Source: Armatimonadota bacterium (GTDB lineage: Bacteria; Armatimonadota; SYMT01). Taken from it: 64,000 nucleotides of DNA. The notes under the pieces are model-generated. The model saw nothing but the letters and a program-made list of their open reading frames with translations. It had not been told where the DNA came from and searched no databases. This document shows, in pieces, positions 1-8,262 of this stretch (the stretch's first letter is position 1; each line of letters starts with the position of its first letter). A program made the translations under genes and the position numbers. The stretch lies in NCBI GenBank assembly GCA_041690135.1, contig JAWLHY010000015.1, forward strand, positions 1-64,000, given 5' to 3'.

Positions 1-57
1 CTGTAAGGTCAGCAATGGCTTGAGGGCACCCGTACTAATCGGCCGAGGGCTTGATCA
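1..57 (+). rRNA. rrl: 3' end of 23S rRNA (partial)
   Basis: TGTAAG..AGCAAT..TTGAG..ACCCGTACTAATCGGCCGAGGGCTTGA matches the conserved 23S 3' terminus; 5S rRNA follows. End position approximate. Confidence 0.9.
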
Positions 58-297
58 TCCCTCATTTAACACGCAGCCGCAACGCCGGTGACGTGAAGAG
101 ATCCTTCTACCCCTTTCCCGCTCTACAGTCTTGAAGGTTTGAAAGCTACTGCGTAATGCGTATTGCGTAAGGGAACCCCCTCGCCCTGCGGCGGGAGTGG
201 CTCCGGCCCGGGTGCCCCGGATGCGGGTGCTACCGGTCTCGCCGGGAGCGTGGCGGTCGCCGGTTCCTCTTACGCATTACGAATTACGCAATACGGT

Positions 298-415
298 TTC
301 TGGTGGCAATAGCGCGGGGGTAACACCCGTTCCCATCCCGAACACGGCAGTTAAGGCCCGCTGCGCCGAGGGTACTGCCTCTTCTCAGAGGTGGAAGAGT
401 AGGTCGTCGCCAGAA
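298..415 (+). rRNA. rrf: 5S rRNA
   Basis: TCTGGTGGCAATAGCG...ACACCCGTTCCCATCCCGAACACGG..GTTAAG...GAGTAGGTCGTCGCCAGA; about 118 nt with paired ends. Confidence 0.97.
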
Positions 416-421
416 TACTTT

Positions 422-466
422 AGAGAACGCCCGCTTTCCGGTCAGGAAAGCGGGCGTTCTCTTTTC
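422..466. terminator. rRNA operon intrinsic terminator (possibly shared with the convergent gene)
   Basis: AGAGAACGCCCGCTTTCC / GGAAAGCGGGCGTTCTCT perfect stem followed by T-run. Confidence 0.9.
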
Positions 467-504
467 GGTTCTTTAGACTCGATTAGGTTTAAGCGTCCGG
501 CCAA

Positions 505-1017
505 TCAGGGTTTGCTGCTGTTAATGTACTGCACGGCAAACATCATGGCGTCCCGGAGCTCCAGGTGGGTGATCGTGCCGCCCTTGAACTCGGACTGCAT
601 CAGGCGGTTGAGGTGCCCCATCACGCCCGCCGCGGAGGTGGCGTTGCCGCTGTCGATCTCGCGGCGGACTTCCGCGCAGAGCGTTTCCCGGCGCTTGCCC
701 GGGATGGCGTTGACCCGCTCGTGGATGCTCTCCATCACCGCATCGAGGCTGTCGGTGCTGACTTCGCCGTCTTGAGCATCCACAAAGGCAAAGAGAAAGG
801 TGGTGTGGCTGAAGCTAATGTTGATCTGGTCGGTCGATCCGCCAGGGGTCTCGTAGACCAGGGCGATATTAGTGATCGGCCCGTTGATGGAGCAGTCCCA
901 TCGGGAAATCTGGCTCCGCAGGTTGCCGTACTCCACGCGTCCAGCGTATGGTGCAATAAACGCCTGAATCCGCGAGCAGAGATCGTCTAACCGGCTGCTC
1001 TGCCCATCATTGGCCAT
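505..1017 (-). CDS. hypothetical protein (170 aa)
   Basis: Globular-looking ORF; ATG at 1017 with AGGAGG upstream. No family recognised. Confidence 0.75.
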   Translation of the reverse strand: MANDGQSSRLDDLCSRIQAFIAPYAGRVEYGNLRSQISRWDCSINGPITNIALVYETPGGSTDQINISFSHTTFLFAFVDAQDGEVSTDSLDAVMESIHERVNAIPGKRRETLCAEVRREIDSGNATSAAGVMGHLNRLMQSEFKGGTITHLELRDAMMFAVQYINSSKP

Positions 1018-1144
1018 TCTCGATCCACGCCTCCTGTTCGGAAATCTACCACGGCCGCTGTGCCATGTCAACTTGAGGACGACTGTTAGACTAACATCAG
1101 TCATGTCGTTCCGAACGGGCCGTGTTCCATTCCGCAGTACAGGG

Positions 1145-1174
1145 TGGACGCTGGTCCGAACCATCCGGTATAAT
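1145..1174 (+). promoter_or_regulatory. putative sigma70 promoter for REC-GAF-PP2C operon
   Basis: TGGACG-N18-TATAAT, with the -10 ending 13 nt before ATG 1188. Confidence 0.5.
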
Positions 1175-1187
1175 TCCCAACGCGCGT

Positions 1188-2912
1188 ATGACACCGTCTG
1201 ACACATTGCAATCGAGTGAGCACTCCCTCAACCCAACTGCTCTCCTGGGCGAGCAGGGCCGACCGCGCGTCTTGATCGTGGATGACGAGCGGGACGCGCT
1301 GGAGACGATGGATGAGATCTTCAGCATGCTCGGCTTCCAGACGGAAACCGCCAGCACCGGGCGACAGGCGCTCGAGAAGCTGAACTCCGCCATGTTCCAC
1401 GTGGCGCTCCTGGATATCCACCTGCAGGATCCCGACCTTGACGGCACTGAACTGCTGAATGAGGCGCAGCGCCTTCAGCCGAACATGAAGTGCATCATGG
1501 TCACCGGCGATGAGTCGTGGGAGTCCGCGTCTCGATCCGCGGAGTTGGGCGCCTACTGGTACCTGCAAAAGCCAATCCGGGTGCCCTACGTCGAGGCCGT
1601 GGTCCGCAAGGCACTCGATCAGCAACGCCTGGAGGTGGAAGTCCTCGGCGTGTCGCACCTGGCTCGCGACCTGGTCGAACATGAAGGGCTGGAGGAGCGG
1701 CTCTCGCGGATCCTCAGCTATCTATTGACTGCCACCGGTGTGTCGCGCGGCGCCATGTGGATGGTGGAGAGGAATGCGCTCTGCCCGGTTCATGCCGAAG
1801 GCATCGAGACCGATCAGAAGCGCCGGCTCATGCGAGCCGAGGTTCCACTCGGAGAGCTTCCCGATGCCATCCGGCGGATCCTGGAGTCCGGAGATGCCAC
1901 TGTCGTGCCGGACGCGCGGAGTGCCGGGCTATTGCCCGATTACCTGATCGAGCGCTGGGGCGTTCAGTCGGCCTTACTACTGCCCTTTCAATCCGGCGGT
2001 AAGTTGATCGGCGCGGCTCTGCTTTCCGAACCGTTCGAAGCGCGACGCTTTACGGAGGATCAGATCCGCCAGGCACAGACCATCGCCTACCTGTCGGCGG
2101 TGGCCATCCAGCAGGCGAAAACGATCCAGGAAGAACGGAACACCCTCCGGACCCTGGCGGAGAGCTTCCTGAGCCAGCCGCCAAAAGTAGAAGGGGTGGA
2201 AATCGCCCGGCATTACGTGCCGTCGTTCGACGTGGCGCGCGTGGGCGGCGACTACTACGACTTCCTGCAGTTCGGTCGCGACCAGATCGGCATTGTGGTG
2301 GGGGATGTCTGCGGGAAGGGAGAGGCCGCCATCGGCTACGCCTTCCTGGCCAAGCACTTCCTCCGGGCCTACGCACTGGAAGACCCCGCCCCGGAGCGGG
2401 TCGTCAGCCGGCTAAACCGGGCCCTCTATCAGCAGATGTCCGCCATGTCCGAGGACGCCAACTTCTCGACCATTTTCTACGGCATCCTGAACGCGCGCAC
2501 CGGAGAGTTCACCTACACAAACGCAGGCCATCCGCGTCCGATCCTCTATCGATCTTCTACGGGAGAAGTCACTGAGCTGGCCCCGCCCCCCGACGTAGAG
2601 ACGACGGACGCCGACGGGCGCGGGTGGAAGCGCCCGCAAAACGGGATGGTGGGCGCCATCGAGGAGATGGACTTTTCCCAGATCAGCGTGCAAATGGAGC
2701 CCGGTAGTGTCCTCGCGCTTTTCACAGACGGAGTGACGGAGGCGCGGACGGAATACGACATGCTGGGCTCGGAAGGGGTAGAGACCGTCATTGCGGCCCA
2801 CGCGGGAGACTCGGCCCAGGCCATAGCCGACGCCGTGCTCGGACGTGCCCGCGAGTTCAGCGGCGGTGTTCTCCGCGATGACGTCGCGATCGTCGTCGTA
2901 AAGTATGGCTAG
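1188..2912 (+). CDS. REC-GAF-PP2C (SpoIIE/RsbU-like) phosphatase
   Basis: Receiver motifs VLIVDD, LLD, YLQKP; central GAF; PP2C motifs VGGDYYDF, VGDVCGKG, NAGHP, LFTDG, DD. Confidence 0.92.
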   Translation: MTPSDTLQSSEHSLNPTALLGEQGRPRVLIVDDERDALETMDEIFSMLGFQTETASTGRQALEKLNSAMFHVALLDIHLQDPDLDGTELLNEAQRLQPNMKCIMVTGDESWESASRSAELGAYWYLQKPIRVPYVEAVVRKALDQQRLEVEVLGVSHLARDLVEHEGLEERLSRILSYLLTATGVSRGAMWMVERNALCPVHAEGIETDQKRRLMRAEVPLGELPDAIRRILESGDATVVPDARSAGLLPDYLIERWGVQSALLLPFQSGGKLIGAALLSEPFEARRFTEDQIRQAQTIAYLSAVAIQQAKTIQEERNTLRTLAESFLSQPPKVEGVEIARHYVPSFDVARVGGDYYDFLQFGRDQIGIVVGDVCGKGEAAIGYAFLAKHFLRAYALEDPAPERVVSRLNRALYQQMSAMSEDANFSTIFYGILNARTGEFTYTNAGHPRPILYRSSTGEVTELAPPPDVETTDADGRGWKRPQNGMVGAIEEMDFSQISVQMEPGSVLALFTDGVTEARTEYDMLGSEGVETVIAAHAGDSAQAIADAVLGRAREFSGGVLRDDVAIVVVKYG

Positions 2913-3675
2913 CGAACCTCAAACGCCGCCGTCTCTCGACTGGACATTAGTGATCGAGGGAGCCCGGTCGTTCGGCGTCGATCTCCGGCCCGAGCAGGTT
3001 GCCGCTCTGGATCGGTATCTCGCTCTACTCCTGGAGTGGAACCAGCGCTTCAACCTGACGGCCATCGAGAATCCCGACGAGATTCTCACCAAGCACTTCC
3101 TCGACTCGCTCTCCTGCGCGCAAGCCCTCGACTTCAGCCAAAAACGCACGCTGATCGACGTGGGTACCGGTGCCGGGTTCCCTGGTATGGTGCTGAAGAT
3201 TGTTTACCCCCACCTTCAGGTCACCCTGCTGGACGCCGTGCAAAAGCGACTCAACTTCCTCCAACGGGTGGCGGAGGACCTGAGTCTTACCGGGCTGCAA
3301 ACGCTCCACGCTCGGGCGGAAGATGCAGCCGCCGTGGCCCCGCGTCCCGGCACCTGTCCCATCCCGGGTCTGCGCGAGTCCTTCGATGTAGTCGCCGCGC
3401 GGGCGGTGGCACGCCTGAACGTGCTGTCGGAATGGACCCTTCCCTTCGCACGCGTCGGCGGAGTCTTCATCGCTATGAAGGGACCCGATATTGCGGAAGA
3501 GGTCAAGGAAGCGGAAACGGCCCTGCGCCGCCTGGGGGGAGGGCCGGCGAGGAGCTACGTGTTCCAGCTTCCCGGTAGCGATCTGGGGCGCTCGCTGGTG
3601 GTAGTTCCGAAAGTCCGTCCTACTCCGCGCGATTTGCCCCGACTGCCGGGTACCGCGCGGAAATCCCCGCTGTAA
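2905..3675 (+). CDS. rsmG: 16S rRNA m7G527 methyltransferase
   Basis: WNQRFNLTAI, KHFLDS, DVGTGAGFPG, RAE, ARAVA, MKG, C-terminal PR.PG...K.PL. Confidence 0.96.
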   Translation: MASEPQTPPSLDWTLVIEGARSFGVDLRPEQVAALDRYLALLLEWNQRFNLTAIENPDEILTKHFLDSLSCAQALDFSQKRTLIDVGTGAGFPGMVLKIVYPHLQVTLLDAVQKRLNFLQRVAEDLSLTGLQTLHARAEDAAAVAPRPGTCPIPGLRESFDVVAARAVARLNVLSEWTLPFARVGGVFIAMKGPDIAEEVKEAETALRRLGGGPARSYVFQLPGSDLGRSLVVVPKVRPTPRDLPRLPGTARKSPL

Positions 3676-3775
3676 CTCGCTATAAATGGGAAAGAGAGTG
3701 CGGGAGTCCCGGCCGACAATCATGCAAGGCAGGGCCAGGTTGGGAGTGCTGCCGGTCCGTGGAGGCAAGTGAAGC

Positions 3776-4558
3776 GTGGAGCGAGGTCTACGAATCGGTG
3801 AGGCTCCTCTGAGCGTACAGGTAGTGGAACGCCCTCCTTACCTGGTCGCCCAGTGGATCGGTACGGGTCACGAAACCAGCCTGGAAGTGGCACGCAGGGC
3901 AGTCGCGGAGTTGTCGGCCCGCCTGTCGGAACGCCTGGTGCTGGAGCTGGGACGGCTCACGGATGTGGCCGATGGCTTGGTTCTGGCGCTGGCCGGCCTG
4001 GTCACGGAGTGGCAGCGCCACGGCCGCGACGTGGTGCTCGTGCGCTGCTCCGCCGATCTCTATAGCCGCCTCCGTGAGGCCGGGGTCCCGGGTGGCGTGA
4101 TGCACGCCGGCTCACTTCAGGCCGCAACGCAGGGCGTATGCGATGAGGCTTCCAGCGTGATGGAGCTCCACCTCAGCAGTTCACCCGTACACCTCTATCG
4201 GCTGCGCCGGGTGGTGGAGGTGGTCGCGCAACGCGCGGGCCTTTCCGCCGAAAGCGAGCTTCAACTCAAGGCCGCCGTTACCGAGGCGGCCGCCAATGCC
4301 GTGGCCCACGGATCTCCCCTGGGAGAACGAAACCACATCCGGGTCTCATTCAATCTCTCACCCGACGCATTGATCGTGGACGTAGCGGACCAGGGGCCTG
4401 GGTTTGATCCACAGGCCGTGGAGAGACCCGATCTGGACCTGCTGGACGCTAGCGGGCTGGGCCTGCACCTCATCCGCAACTCTGTGGATCGGGTCGAGTT
4501 CTTCCGAGACCACGCAGGGATGCTGGTTCGGATGACGAAGTGGCTCGGGTCGGCTTAA
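3776..4558 (+). CDS. degenerate STAS + RsbW-type anti-sigma kinase (HATPase_c) fusion
   Basis: C-terminal EAAANAVAHG, DQGPGFDP, GLGLHLI; N-terminal STAS-like alpha/beta segment. Confidence 0.82.
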   Translation: MERGLRIGEAPLSVQVVERPPYLVAQWIGTGHETSLEVARRAVAELSARLSERLVLELGRLTDVADGLVLALAGLVTEWQRHGRDVVLVRCSADLYSRLREAGVPGGVMHAGSLQAATQGVCDEASSVMELHLSSSPVHLYRLRRVVEVVAQRAGLSAESELQLKAAVTEAAANAVAHGSPLGERNHIRVSFNLSPDALIVDVADQGPGFDPQAVERPDLDLLDASGLGLHLIRNSVDRVEFFRDHAGMLVRMTKWLGSA

Positions 4559-4980
4559 AGGCCGGCGGAGCGGGCTAGCTCCTCAATCATGGTGCTGGAG
4601 TACTGGTCGTCGTAGGATGACCACCGCTCGCGGCTCCAGATTTCGATCCGGGGCCCGATTCCAACCACCATTACCTCGTGCTGAATGCCGGCCCACTCTC
4701 GCAAAACCGGCGGCACGGAGAGACGCCCCTGGCCATCCAGGCTGGTCGTCACGGCGGAACCGATAAAGTAGCGCTGGAGCGCCAGGTTCCCCGGGTCGAA
4801 CATGGATCCGCCCTGGAGACGCTCCTGCATGCGCTCCCACTGGGCCGAGGGAAGCACCCAGAGGTAGCGATCGTGACCGCGGGTGATGGTGAAGGAAGTG
4901 CCCAGACCATGAACGAACTCGGCCGGCATCTTCAGCCGGCCTTTGTCGTCTATGTGATATGGGTAAGAGCCCTGGAACAC
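4555..4980 (-). CDS. mraZ: transcriptional regulator MraZ
   Basis: MFQGSY..IDDKGRL..P, second repeat LDGQGRL.VP, VG...IEIWS; 141 aa. Confidence 0.95.
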   Translation of the reverse strand: MFQGSYPYHIDDKGRLKMPAEFVHGLGTSFTITRGHDRYLWVLPSAQWERMQERLQGGSMFDPGNLALQRYFIGSAVTTSLDGQGRLSVPPVLREWAGIQHEVMVVGIGPRIEIWSRERWSSYDDQYSSTMIEELARSAGL

Positions 4981-5011
4981 GCTTACCTCGCCCTACGGGC
5001 AACAGCGCGGA

Positions 5012-5632
5012 TCAGATCGCGATCGCCAGGTCCTCGGATTCCCACTCCGGACGCTCTTCCACGATCTCCGGCATCACCACCACTTCCACGTCCCGCGGCA
5101 CGCGCACGCGCCGGCGGTCGCGGGATACCAGGCCGCGAATGAACTCGTCTTCCGCCTCTTCCGCGTACTTGGAGGCGCACTTGGCGCAGTAGGCCAGGTG
5201 GAGCGGTTCCTCCACGTCCTTCAACTCCACCGTCGCCCGCGTCGGGAAGGGATCCACGCTTGCGCAAATCCCACAGTTCGGCAACTCCACCAGTTGCGAT
5301 TGCGAGTCCTCACAGAGGCTGCGCACCAGATCGTAAGTGACGTCGGAGAAGTTGCGCTCGACGACGGAGAAGAAGAACTGCGTTTTCAGCAGCCACTCGA
5401 TCTTTTCAAAGATCGAGGTATCCCCGTGGACCTGCACGCCGTAGGCCATTACCGTCCCGTGGGACACAGGAACCACCTGCGCCAGGCGCCCGACCATGTC
5501 GAAGAGGTCGCGAATCTGACGCATCTCCTTCTTGGAGCGCGCTTCCGCGAGGAAGACCGCCCGGCTGCCCGGGGAGGCGGGGAAGTAGTGGATGCGCGTC
5601 GCGTCCGTGCGTCGGGGGAGAAGTCTGGCCAT
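5012..5632 (-). CDS. hypothetical protein with two CxxC pairs (putative Zn finger)
   Basis: CGIC...CAKC; GGAAGGA RBS before ATG 5632; directly upstream of mraZ. Confidence 0.8.
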   Translation of the reverse strand: MARLLPRRTDATRIHYFPASPGSRAVFLAEARSKKEMRQIRDLFDMVGRLAQVVPVSHGTVMAYGVQVHGDTSIFEKIEWLLKTQFFFSVVERNFSDVTYDLVRSLCEDSQSQLVELPNCGICASVDPFPTRATVELKDVEEPLHLAYCAKCASKYAEEAEDEFIRGLVSRDRRRVRVPRDVEVVVMPEIVEERPEWESEDLAIAI

Positions 5633-5747
5633 GAGGAACCGTCCTTCCGACAATCGTCGGTGCCAACGTCGGCAGGGAGGGGGAACAACTTCAGGACGAG
5701 AAGGGTTCTGCGATCAACCAGATAGAGTGTGCGACTACACAGCTCTC

Positions 5748-5781
5748 CCCGTTTCAACCACTTTCCCCCACCTCATCCCAC
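5748..5781 (-). promoter_or_regulatory. MraZ-binding direct repeats
   Basis: Minus strand AAGTGGGATG-AGGTGGGGGA-AAGTGGTTGA-AACGGGGAGA: GTGG cores at an exact 10-bp period, as known upstream of mraZ. Confidence 0.8.
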
Positions 5782-5789
5782 TTGCGGAC

Positions 5790-5818
5790 ATTATAGCCCG
5801 GCCGTTTTGCCGTGTCAA
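5790..5818 (-). promoter_or_regulatory. consensus sigma70 promoter
   Basis: TTGACA (5818-5813)-N17-TATAAT (5795-5790) on the minus strand. Confidence 0.9.
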
Positions 5819-6243
5819 CGGCATCCGATGCCCCGATTCATCGGTGTGAGGGGGGCGGAAGGCTCGTTCGGTCGCAGAGGAAGGGAAGTCGGGCGAAGAA
5901 GCGGAGCGGCTGTCAGTTGCTTCTCTCACCGGATGCACCGGAGCTACGCATGGAGTGTACTCGATCCACGACGCTCCGTCCGACACGTCGTCGGAATTTC
6001 CGACATGGTTCCGGGAGTGTACGACAGTCGGGTTGGGCGCCGACCCGAATGCGATCTGCGGGGACCCTCGCACCGGGATCCCCGGAGCGACGCGCCGGAG
6101 GGCGGCCTCCCGTCACATGCGGAGGAAACGCAGGCCTCATGGAAAGCGTATACTTATCGGGTTTATGGAAGCCCCGGTCGGGTAGGTGGGCAGGATTTCG
6201 ACTGCGCTGGGCGGCTCGGCAAGTGGCGAGAAAGGATGAGCTG

Positions 6244-6921
6244 GTGCGAGTAGTATTGCGAAGTTTGGGGCTTGCGAGCGCCTTCCTGGGCTTGGGAGTG
6301 ACGGCGGCCGGCGCGGCGGGCCGTTCGGCGACTTTCAACATTTCCACGGTCCAGAGCGCCCCCGGCCAGAGTGTCACTATCAAGAGCCAGTGCTGGATCA
6401 GCGAGACGCAGGCGCGCGTGCTGGTGAAGCATCCGTTGGAAGGCGAGCGAATCGTGCTGGTGACCGGCGGCTACGAGTATCTGCTTTTCCCGGAAGAGAA
6501 GAAGGGGTTACGGAAGCCGGTGCCGCCCGAGCTCAAGAAGAAGGATTCCTTCGACGCGCTTGTCAAGCACGTGGCCTTCGACGCCAGCAAGGCCATCGGC
6601 AAGGCCAAGGTCGTCCGCACGGAAACGGTTTCTGGCTACAAGTGCGATGTCCTTTCCAACTCGGCCAAGCGGGGCGCCGAATCGCATTCCATGACCGTCT
6701 GGCTGCCGCAGAAGATGAGCCCAAAATTTCCCATCAAGGGCGTTATGAGCCAGACCCTGAGCAAGCCCGGCGCCACCCTCAAGCAGAGCATCACCATCAG
6801 CCTGACCAACATCAAGCTGAACCCGGCTATTCCCGCTTCGACCTTCAAGGTGCCCGCCGGATACAAGATCCTCGACGCGCCCAAGCCGAAGGCGCCGGCG
6901 AAGCCCGCCCCCAAGAAGTAG
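6244..6921 (+). CDS. secreted LolA-like/DUF4412-like protein
   Basis: GTG start after AAAGGA; signal peptide; ETVSGYKCDV and LTNIKLNPAIPASTFKVPAGY motifs typical of LolA-fold proteins. Confidence 0.7.
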   Translation: MRVVLRSLGLASAFLGLGVTAAGAAGRSATFNISTVQSAPGQSVTIKSQCWISETQARVLVKHPLEGERIVLVTGGYEYLLFPEEKKGLRKPVPPELKKKDSFDALVKHVAFDASKAIGKAKVVRTETVSGYKCDVLSNSAKRGAESHSMTVWLPQKMSPKFPIKGVMSQTLSKPGATLKQSITISLTNIKLNPAIPASTFKVPAGYKILDAPKPKAPAKPAPKK

Positions 6922-6940
6922 CGCTTACCACTTACCCCGT

Positions 6941-7855
6941 ATGACAACCCTTCCCGAGATTCGGCAGGCCGTATTGATCGCCAACCCGACCTCGGGAAGG
7001 GGCCGGGGAGCGCGTGCCGCAGGGGAAGCGGAGGCGCTTCTGCGCGACGCCGGGGTCCGGGTGGAGCGACGGGAGACGACCCGCGCCGGGCAAGCGGAGG
7101 AACTGGCCCGTGAGGCGGTGGGGCAACAACCGGACCTCCTGCTCGTGGCCGGGGGCGACGGGACGTTCCGGGATGTCGTGGCGGGGCTGCAAGGAGCGCC
7201 CGTTCCCGTCGGCATCCTTCCCTGCGGCACCGGGAACGACCTGGCACGCACCCTCGGAATCGCCAGGAGTGTTCCGCAAGCGCTGGAGACAGCCCTCCAC
7301 GGCACACCGCGTCCACTGGATGTGTGGCGCTGGAACGACACCGTGTTCGTCAACGTGGCGGGGATCGGACTGGACGCGGCGGTGGGGGCCGCCGTCAACC
7401 GTCGCTTTAAGCAACTCCGCGGCACCGCGGCCTATCTGGCGGCGTTTTTGGCCGTCTTTCCCAGCTTCCAGCCCTTCGAGCTCGAGCTGCGATGGCCCGA
7501 GGGAGAGTGGTCGGGCCGAACCTGGCTCACCGCCTTCGCCAACGCCGTCAGCTACGGAGGGGGGATGCGGATCGCCCCGATGGCCGTTCCCGACGATGGC
7601 TGCCTGGACGTCGTAATCGTCGAAGCCGTACCCCGCGCGGAGTTACTCCGCGAGTTCCCGCGCATCTTCTCGGGGAGCCACGTCAAGAACCCGCGGGTGC
7701 GCGTTTTGCGGGTGCACCAGGTGGAAGTCAGCACTGCTCCCGAGGACGCCACGATCGACGGCGAGCTTATCGGCCGCACGCCCGCCGTCATCACCCGCGC
7801 GCCCGCCCCGGTCCGAGTGATGGTTCCGGCGCCTCCGCAGGCGCCTCCGCAGTAG
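6941..7855 (+). CDS. diacylglycerol/lipid kinase family protein (YegS/BmrU-like)
   Basis: NPTSGRG, GGDGT, PCGTGNDLAR, GIGLDA, YGGG, DDG, IDGE. Confidence 0.93.
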   Translation: MTTLPEIRQAVLIANPTSGRGRGARAAGEAEALLRDAGVRVERRETTRAGQAEELAREAVGQQPDLLLVAGGDGTFRDVVAGLQGAPVPVGILPCGTGNDLARTLGIARSVPQALETALHGTPRPLDVWRWNDTVFVNVAGIGLDAAVGAAVNRRFKQLRGTAAYLAAFLAVFPSFQPFELELRWPEGEWSGRTWLTAFANAVSYGGGMRIAPMAVPDDGCLDVVIVEAVPRAELLREFPRIFSGSHVKNPRVRVLRVHQVEVSTAPEDATIDGELIGRTPAVITRAPAPVRVMVPAPPQAPPQ

Positions 7856-8106
7856 TTTGCATGGGAGCGCCGCCGAATCCCCACTAACCACCGGGAAAGG
7901 AAGAATTGGAGACGGAAGGGCGCGGGTCTCAGCGCCAAAGACGACGGACTCAGCCCCCGATTGTGGGAAACTCCAGCGTTCGTCTCTGCGAGGGGGGGAG
8001 AACCCAGCCGACTTCACAGACCAAAACCGCCGCAAGGCCGAAGCGGAGCCACCTTAAGCATGCATCCCGTAACCCGACCCTATGCTCCGCCGGGCACGCG
8101 TGGCAG

Positions 8107-8188
8107 GCCCCCTGGTCAGGGAAATCGTCACGCCCCAGACTTCCTTATCCTTATCGTAATCCTAATCCACTCCGCCCCCTGGTCAGGG
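8107..8188. repeat. 15-bp direct repeat flanking a hexamer microsatellite
   Basis: GCCCCCTGGTCAGGG at 8107-8121 and 8174-8188, enclosing TCCTTA-TCCTTA-TCGTAA-TCCTAA. Confidence 0.75.
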
Positions 8189-8262
8189 CTCCGGTACTTT
8201 CGCGGGTGCGACATCCCTAGGCCGAACCGCACAAAACTTTACGCAGCCGTGGCGAGCTTCTG

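Noticed and set aside
197-775. 192-aa plus-strand ORF
   Set aside because: Overlaps the 5S rRNA, the terminator and an antisense gene; spurious.
5812-6243. N-terminal extension of the 369-aa ORF
   Set aside because: Arg-rich nonsense-like sequence; RBS and signal peptide point to GTG 6244.
7860-8100. Possible ncRNA (6S/SRP-like) between convergent genes
   Set aside because: No recognisable conserved motif or long closing stem by eye.
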